Of a stretch of 64,000 nt of DNA, positions 58,760 through 64,000 are shown piece by piece. The position numbers and the translations under genes were made by a program. The notes below the pieces were generated by a model. It saw only the letters and a list, made by a program, of their open reading frames with translations, was not told the DNA's origin and ran no database searches. The stretch's first letter is position 1. Each line of letters begins with the position of its first letter. The DNA lies in IMG/VR virus record IMGVR_UViG_3300044630_006741; one strand, written 5' to 3'. The DNA comes from an uncultured virus (IMG/VR IMGVR_UViG_3300044630_006741). Its lineage: Duplodnaviria; Heunggongvirae; Uroviricota; Caudoviricetes.

Positions 58760-59068
58760 ATGAAAAAACACTCATTCTTTTTAATAGTTGCCCTAGTGGG
58801 CTTGTTTATGTTAACCGGCTGTGCTGACAACGAAGTCATGCAGTGTCAGCCTCCAGCGGGTCATCAGTATGGATTCTGGGGAGGTCTCTGGCACGGACTG
58901 ATTGTCGGGTTTGACTTTGTCGGCATGCTCATCTGGGACGACGTGGCAGTCTACGCTCCCAACAACAATGGGACTTGGTATGCCTTTGGCTTCTCCCTTG
59001 GATGCGGCGGCTTTGGCACCTTCATTGGGAGAGCCCGCTCTAGATGGGAGAAAGAAACTGAGGAGTAA
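58760..59068 (+). CDS. membrane lipoprotein
   Basis: Lipobox LTGC; GFWGGLWHG; NNG.WY.FGF. Confidence 0.75.
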   Translation: MKKHSFFLIVALVGLFMLTGCADNEVMQCQPPAGHQYGFWGGLWHGLIVGFDFVGMLIWDDVAVYAPNNNGTWYAFGFSLGCGGFGTFIGRARSRWEKETEE

Positions 59069-59108
59069 CCCTCGGGTTCTCTTCCGGAACATACCCTATA
59101 TTAGCTGT

Positions 59109-59576
59109 ATGGACATACTACTCAACCCAAGACCAAACCTACTTATCGACCTGAGCAAGAACAGGATCATCAGCTACGACACAGTTGTTGCCGAGATCGA
59201 CTTCAAGAAGGGGGTAATCACACCCACTGGGAAGTTCACCAGAACAACAACCAATCACATCTCATATGTCTCGAACTGGCTCGGACTTGCTACGGAGAAG
59301 ACGAATAAGAAAAGAAACGACTTCTATGAGTACCAACAAGGGATAAAGATACGCTACAGCGGAGCTCTAGGAGAGATCACTTCTAGGAAAGTGGTAGCTG
59401 GTCTAAAGGAGCTCAAGGATCTAACCCTATCTCTTGTTGATGCCTACAACCAGACAAGCAAAAGAAGTCGAGATCTAGAGGTCCTACGAGGTATAATCAG
59501 TGGTCTTGGAGCAGACTTAGAGGAGACGACCAAGGAGTTAAAGACACTCAGAAAGGTCAGGGACATGGTAATCTAA
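59109..59576 (+). CDS. hypothetical early protein
   Basis: ATG after TATATTAG; SYDT.VA...TRTT..HI motif. Confidence 0.65.
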   Translation: MDILLNPRPNLLIDLSKNRIISYDTVVAEIDFKKGVITPTGKFTRTTTNHISYVSNWLGLATEKTNKKRNDFYEYQQGIKIRYSGALGEITSRKVVAGLKELKDLTLSLVDAYNQTSKRSRDLEVLRGIISGLGADLEETTKELKTLRKVRDMVI

Positions 59577-59695
59577 ACCCTAGGGTGAACCTTCAAAAGG
59601 GCCCTTCCGGATATCCGGCTAGCTGGGCCCGGGTTCTTTCCCTCTGGGAATTTACGGGAATCCTGCTTATATTAGCATCATAACCAAAACGCACT

Positions 59696-59899
59696 ATGAG
59701 AGAGGAACTAGAAGAACAAATCAGGACTATAGGGGAACGCCTAGAGTTTCTAAAGACAGACAGAACGGTCTGGACTAGTGCCTGGGCTGGTCCAAAGGGA
59801 TACACCCCATACAACCACGGTCCTTATCTAAGAAAGCTGGAGCGTAACAGATTAAATGCTAAATTGAAAACCCTAAGAAAGAAGCTGAGTAAAATTTAA
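59696..59899 (+). CDS. small basic protein
   Basis: Promoter cassette. Confidence 0.55.
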   Translation: MREELEEQIRTIGERLEFLKTDRTVWTSAWAGPKGYTPYNHGPYLRKLERNRLNAKLKTLRKKLSKI

Positions 59900-59956
59900 G
59901 ACCCTCGGGGTTATCCCGGGGAGAAGATCTATATTAGCTAAGTAAATAATAAGAAC

Positions 59957-60163
59957 ATGAACCATCCTATAAAAGAGATCGCTAAAAGATATTCAGAATT
60001 GTCTGATCTTAGAAAAGATAAAAAACGATTTGTTGGGTCTGACTTTATTCAGTTTGCAAAAGACAATAAGAATAAGTACTCCATTATCGAAGATGGCGAC
60101 GACTTGTTAGTTAGCACTTGGCATTCAAATGACTTAATTGAGGATTACCAAAAAACTTTGTAA
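59957..60163 (+). CDS. hypothetical protein (AT-rich)
   Basis: Promoter cassette; followed directly by a tRNA-scaffold RNA. Confidence 0.6.
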   Translation: MNHPIKEIAKRYSELSDLRKDKKRFVGSDFIQFAKDNKNKYSIIEDGDDLLVSTWHSNDLIEDYQKTL

Positions 60164-60167
60164 ATAT

Positions 60168-60239
60168 AGTCAGGTGGCGAAATTGGCACGCATCCATGAA
60201 CAACGCGGAAGATTGCAGGTTCGAATCCTGTCCTGACTA
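60168..60239 (+). ncRNA. tRNA-scaffold RNA 3
   Basis: AGTCAGG/CCTGACT stem and T-arm; non-canonical anticodon arm. Confidence 0.65.
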
Positions 60240-60316
60240 CGCACCTACAATTGGGTAGGAAGTTGGCCGCCAACCAACAAGGGAAAAGGCTGACACCTCG
60301 GAAAGACGAGGAATAT

Positions 60317-60410
60317 AGTCAGGTGGCGCAATTGGTAGACGTTGTTCAGAAGTACAATGAACGTAAAATGCCGCAAGCATAGTATACAGGTTCGAATCCT
60401 GTCCTGACTA
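60317..60410 (+). ncRNA. tRNA-scaffold RNA 4
   Basis: Same termini; GTTCA-GAAGTACAA-TGAAC 9-nt loop; ATGC-CGCAA-GCAT variable arm. Confidence 0.65.
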
Positions 60411-60459
60411 CACATAAACCCTTCGGGGTTATACCGAGATCCGGTCTTATATTAGCGAT

Positions 60460-60720
60460 ATGGAAAAAAGGATAATCATAACAGGATGCGAGATGGTGGA
60501 GGACAACTGGGGTCGCACCACATTCATGGACAAGGAGAAGGACATACTGGAGCAGCTCATCTACCCACTAGACTGGACGGACGATGTGACATTCATAGAC
60601 TCTGACGGCAACAGGCACCTCATAGACGACCTCGACGGCAAGGAGGTGGAGGTAAAGGGTTTGGTCTATCAGATAGACGTGGCAAACGAAAAGGTAACTG
60701 ACATAACACTACAGCAATGA
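60460..60720 (+). CDS. hypothetical early protein
   Basis: Promoter cassette. Confidence 0.65.
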   Translation: MEKRIIITGCEMVEDNWGRTTFMDKEKDILEQLIYPLDWTDDVTFIDSDGNRHLIDDLDGKEVEVKGLVYQIDVANEKVTDITLQQ

Positions 60721-60908
60721 AACTAGCAATCCTTATCATCATACTAGGCGGCTTATTCGGCTTTTTCAAGGAGCACGAGGAGGAGGTGGAATTCGAATAC
60801 GAAGCTCCTGTTAAGAAGAAGAGATTAAAGGCTCTACCGGAGCACAAGGAAATGTTGGCCCTGCCACCCAAGAGACCTCTGGAACTGCCACCCCACGCGG
60901 ACTTATAA
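60717..60908 (+). CDS. small membrane-anchored protein
   Basis: ATGA overlap; N-terminal hydrophobic segment. Confidence 0.55.
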   Translation: MKLAILIIILGGLFGFFKEHEEEVEFEYEAPVKKKRLKALPEHKEMLALPPKRPLELPPHADL

Positions 60909-60958
60909 AACCAGCTGTCTCGCTGAGGTGCTTTACGATATATAGAGAAAACGATAAA

Positions 60959-61405
60959 ATGAAACACATTAAAGTATTTGAATCCTTCGGGACAGGAATG
61001 GAGCCTAACGAGAAAACCATAGTGGAGATCTTCCTAAATGGTGAAAACCCAGACGTTGAATATGGATGCGTTGCAAATGGCGTGGGTAACACACCTAGAG
61101 AGGCTGCTATGTTTGCTCTTCAAGTTGCCTGTGATTGGTTGCTGAATGGAGACGATAGCGTGACAGTAGACGACCTAGATGGGTTTGAGAACTCACCAGT
61201 AATGGAGTACTTCGAGGACGAGAAGGATCTAGAGGAAGCTCTACAAATGCTAGAGATGGGAAAGGTTAAAAAAGACTTCAGAGGTTACTCACTCTTCTCC
61301 TCCCATGGCGACGAGATCGATACGGAGTCTTATGTAAAGTCTAGCCCAGACTCATTAGCACCAATCGGAGGATCCATATTAAGCTCCTACTCCGAGGACT
61401 TATAG
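60959..61405 (+). CDS. acidic leader-bearing protein
   Basis: MKHIKVFESF; GATATATA at 60937. Confidence 0.7.
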   Translation: MKHIKVFESFGTGMEPNEKTIVEIFLNGENPDVEYGCVANGVGNTPREAAMFALQVACDWLLNGDDSVTVDDLDGFENSPVMEYFEDEKDLEEALQMLEMGKVKKDFRGYSLFSSHGDEIDTESYVKSSPDSLAPIGGSILSSYSEDL

Positions 61406-61423
61406 TCCTGTCTAATTCTTTAG

Positions 61424-61452
61424 AAGCCTCGAGACACCCTCGGGGCTTTTTT
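61424..61452 (+). terminator. intrinsic terminator
   Basis: AAGCCTCGAG-ACACC-CTCGGGGCTT followed by T-tract. Confidence 0.7.
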
Positions 61453-61485
61453 GTACATTAGCGATACATAAAGGAAAACAATGGA

Positions 61486-61731
61486 ATGAGACACATATCT
61501 AAATACGAAGACCTTCTGAACGAAGATAAAGGTAGAGATACATTAGCTGAATTGAAAGAAATGGCATTGGGTCAACTTGAGAGAATAGCTGATTATGCAA
61601 ACATGATTAAAGAGAGAATGGAGAAGGGCGAAGAATTAGAGTCCTGGATGTATTCTCAGTTAACTACTTCTTTAGACAATTTAAATGCTGTCCATGATGC
61701 AATGGATGGCAATGACGGAAAAGTAGAATAA
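61486..61731 (+). CDS. leader-bearing hypothetical protein
   Basis: MRHISKYEDLLNE; LESWMYSQLT; GATACATA at 61463. Confidence 0.7.
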   Translation: MRHISKYEDLLNEDKGRDTLAELKEMALGQLERIADYANMIKERMEKGEELESWMYSQLTTSLDNLNAVHDAMDGNDGKVE

Positions 61732-62128
61732 ATCACAATCCGGGTTACAGGAGGGATAGCCCCTTACCACCCAGGGCGGGCGCCTACGTGCGTATACGAA
61801 GGGGGGAAGATCTGGATCCATAATCCAACCAGCAGGGATCTAACGGGTTCTCCCCTTATATTAGCAGCATAACCCAATACCATGTACACACTAGACTGCA
61901 GCTACTACACCAAGTCCTTTGCCACCATTGATGCACTCATCAGTGACATCATGATCTCAGGCATGGATCCCAACTACCCTATCATGTTCAATGGAGATCA
62001 CACAGGTGAAATGGCCTGTGACCTCATTCAGTTCTGAGCCCAAGGGATGTTGGACCGGGCTGAACCACAGGAGCAAAAGCTCTAGGAACCATCGGGCTCA
62101 CTACGAGGATCTGGCTTATGTTTGCACC

Positions 62129-62563
62129 ATGATCAACAAACTCATCACTCGCTTTGTCTACCTCACCTCCCTGAAGGTGGTTGTCTTGACACTCTCCCTC
62201 CTGTTGGGAGTACCCTTCCTCCTGCTCACCCCAAAGGACCTGCACCTGGCACTTAGAGTTTTCTACTCCCTGGCATCTGGGCTCATGCTGTCTCTCCCAC
62301 TCCTGGCCATCCTCTACAACATGAGGCAGGATAACAAGTTCTGGAGACTGCTGGGAGAGACCAGACACCTACTGTATGAAGCCCAGAACCTCTCGGACGT
62401 CAACTGGATCCGCAATGGACACTTCACCGATCTACAGAAGCTGCTAGGTGAAGCCGGTACCAGAGAGGCCAACCTCATGCAGGTGGCAGAGCTACACCGA
62501 CTACAGCTGGACATAGACTGGAGGAACAGGGAGCTCATGGGGTACTACGAGCCGGAGAAGTAA
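62129..62563 (+). CDS. membrane protein
   Basis: ATG after TATGTTTG; two hydrophobic segments. Confidence 0.6.
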   Translation: MINKLITRFVYLTSLKVVVLTLSLLLGVPFLLLTPKDLHLALRVFYSLASGLMLSLPLLAILYNMRQDNKFWRLLGETRHLLYEAQNLSDVNWIRNGHFTDLQKLLGEAGTREANLMQVAELHRLQLDIDWRNRELMGYYEPEK

Positions 62564-62617
62564 CGGAAGTTCCGCGGCACCAGGTTCTATATTTGCAACA
62601 TAACCAATTAAGACACT

Positions 62618-62956
62618 ATGAACCCATTCAATCAACTTTGCGTTTGGCCAGCAACTCTACTAGAAGAGAACCAGATCCAGGACTTCGTCAACTTCTTCCA
62701 AGAGGACATGGGAGTAAGGGTGGAGTACAAGACCACACTGCTCACCAATCCAGACCTAGATGCCAAGGGCAACCCCAAGCCTGACACAGGAGGTCGTCAC
62801 GACGTGTTCTTCTACATCCACGATGATGACGTCCAGAAGTTCGCTATGGTGAGATTCCCGCTGGGAATCCGCTGGTGGGAAGACGTGATCAAGTACAACG
62901 ATAACTCTCATCTGTACCCGCAGGAGTTCATAGAGGCCAATCCTCCCAAGTGGTAG
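62618..62956 (+). CDS. conserved phage protein
   Basis: TGGRHDVFFYIH..D..KFA..RF..GIRWWED. Confidence 0.75.
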   Translation: MNPFNQLCVWPATLLEENQIQDFVNFFQEDMGVRVEYKTTLLTNPDLDAKGNPKPDTGGRHDVFFYIHDDDVQKFAMVRFPLGIRWWEDVIKYNDNSHLYPQEFIEANPPKW

Positions 62957-63028
62957 AATACCTTCTGGTAGAACCCTCGGGGTTGTCTCGGGGGTTCACT
63001 CTATATTTGCATCATAACAGCTAAGAGC

Positions 63029-63409
63029 ATGGAAAAAGAATTTATATCTTACGAGTTGGCTTTAGAGTTAAAGCAACTTGGATTTGCTGAACCCTGTTTA
63101 GCAGTATTTAATGACTCTAAACAATTTAGAATTAATTCGGAGTCAAGAAATTGGAATGATAATTTAGTAAATGGTGATACTACATCATCTCCAACCTACT
63201 CACAAGCATTTAGATGGTTTAGGGAGAAGTTTGGTATGTGCATAGTGATTAAACCCATTGATGACAAGAACCTTGAGCTAGGTTACAACCTGTTGAAGAA
63301 CGGTTTAATGATGGGTTCTCATCCCACCTACGAAGAGGCTGAATTAGCTTGCTTACAAAAGCTGATAGAAATTTTACAAAATCTGATAGTAATTGTTAAG
63401 TCTCGCTAG
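63029..63409 (+). CDS. phage protein, paralog of 57134..57520
   Basis: Same motifs; 26-nt identical block near the 3' end. Confidence 0.75.
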   Translation: MEKEFISYELALELKQLGFAEPCLAVFNDSKQFRINSESRNWNDNLVNGDTTSSPTYSQAFRWFREKFGMCIVIKPIDDKNLELGYNLLKNGLMMGSHPTYEEAELACLQKLIEILQNLIVIVKSR

Positions 63410-63476
63410 TGAATAACCTTCGGGGTTCTCCCGGCTCCGCACCCTATATTTGCTCTACAACCAATCAATAGAGCAA

Positions 63477-63641
63477 ATGGAACTAGCAATCACACTCACC
63501 GCACAAGAGCAAGCCCTCTACAGCGCACACTTCGACTTCTTCCGCTTTGTACACAAGCTATCAAAGGCAAAGGCAGAGGCTAGAGCCAAGGCAGAGGTGG
63601 TAGCCAAGAGACCCAAGAGGAGATGGGGCTTTCCGGCCTAA
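63477..63641 (+). CDS. small hypothetical protein
   Basis: ATG after promoter cassette. Confidence 0.55.
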   Translation: MELAITLTAQEQALYSAHFDFFRFVHKLSKAKAEARAKAEVVAKRPKRRWGFPA

Positions 63642-64000
63642 CCCTCGGGATTCCCCCGGCCACACACCTTATATTTGTCTCATAATACTATAGCATATGA
63701 TCAGAAGAATCAAGAGATTGAGAAGAGAGTTCTCCCGCATGAGTAAAGCAGAGCAGGCAGACACCCTGGATATGATACTAGGAGTAGGTCTCGGAGTTGT
63801 CTCGGTAACGGCTGTATTGATCTGGACCATCTTTTAAGGTCCTAGAAAAAGACAGGACTTTCGGGTTCTCTCCGGGACTAGTAGTTACATTTAGGTCAAA
63901 TCAAAAACTAAATAGCTATGGAAAAGAATAAGTATGACGATTACTCAAAAACTCAAGAAGAACCATCCCTTGGGCTAGAATTATCTATTGTAGCAATAGT

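Larger units (their letters stand above)
36920..63900 (+). promoter_or_regulatory. dispersed family of roughly 40 early-type promoter cassettes: CG-N9-(C)G-N11-TAnnTT(T/A)G-C-nnCATAACCAAT
   Basis: -7 boxes at e.g. 38533, 38887, 39533, 39809, 46708, 49218, 50024, 55149, 57551, 62588, 63002; match the Bacteroidetes TAnnTTTG element. Confidence 0.8.

Noticed and set aside
38315..59814. Recurrent minus-strand ORFs containing (M/L)IGYDANI and plus-strand TTG starts like MLHNQS
   Set aside because: They are translations of the repeated promoter cassette TATATTTGCATCATAACCAAT, not a protein family.
1..64000. Eukaryotic giant virus or bacterial chromosome origin
   Set aside because: A sigma factor, peptidoglycan enzymes, lipoproteins, intrinsic terminators and Bacteroidetes-type promoters point to a bacterial host; dense orphan ORFs and no housekeeping operons point to a phage.
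1..64000. Stop-codon reassignment
   Set aside because: Recognisable enzymes are full length under the standard bacterial code, and TAA, TAG and TGA all end genes at sensible positions; no suppressor tRNA seen.

Overview
This window is a 64-kb piece of a large (jumbo-type) tailed-phage genome. The host is most likely Bacteroidetes: TAnnTTTG -7 promoter boxes, A-rich start regions without Shine-Dalgarno sites, and Bacteroidetes-style lipoproteins. Left part (1-35.4 kb): mostly genes behind a GATATATA motif (putative late promoter). They include a collagen tail-fibre-like protein, a PA14 protein, a lytic transglycosylase, GalE, glutamine synthetase II, cyclophilin, an ECF sigma factor, a PTP-like phosphatase and a tandem array of ten variable 22-aa leucine-rich-repeat proteins. 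About 30 proteins share an N-terminal M(K/R)H(I/V)Kx(F/Y)xx(F/L)xE leader that resembles the T4 capsid-targeting sequence. A ~1-kb repeat-rich non-coding region at 35.4-36.35 kb marks the strand switch. Right part (36.4-64 kb): dozens of small plus-strand ORFs, most with their own copy of a conserved promoter cassette. It also holds an Fpg/Nei glycosylase, a RadA-like ATPase, a DUF932-like protein, six tRNAs, a GIY-YIG endonuclease, four tRNA-scaffold RNAs with variable middles, a duplicated promoter-driven small RNA, a kissing-loop RNA and a 118-bp inverted copy of another locus. All calls come from manual motif reading; no searches were run.
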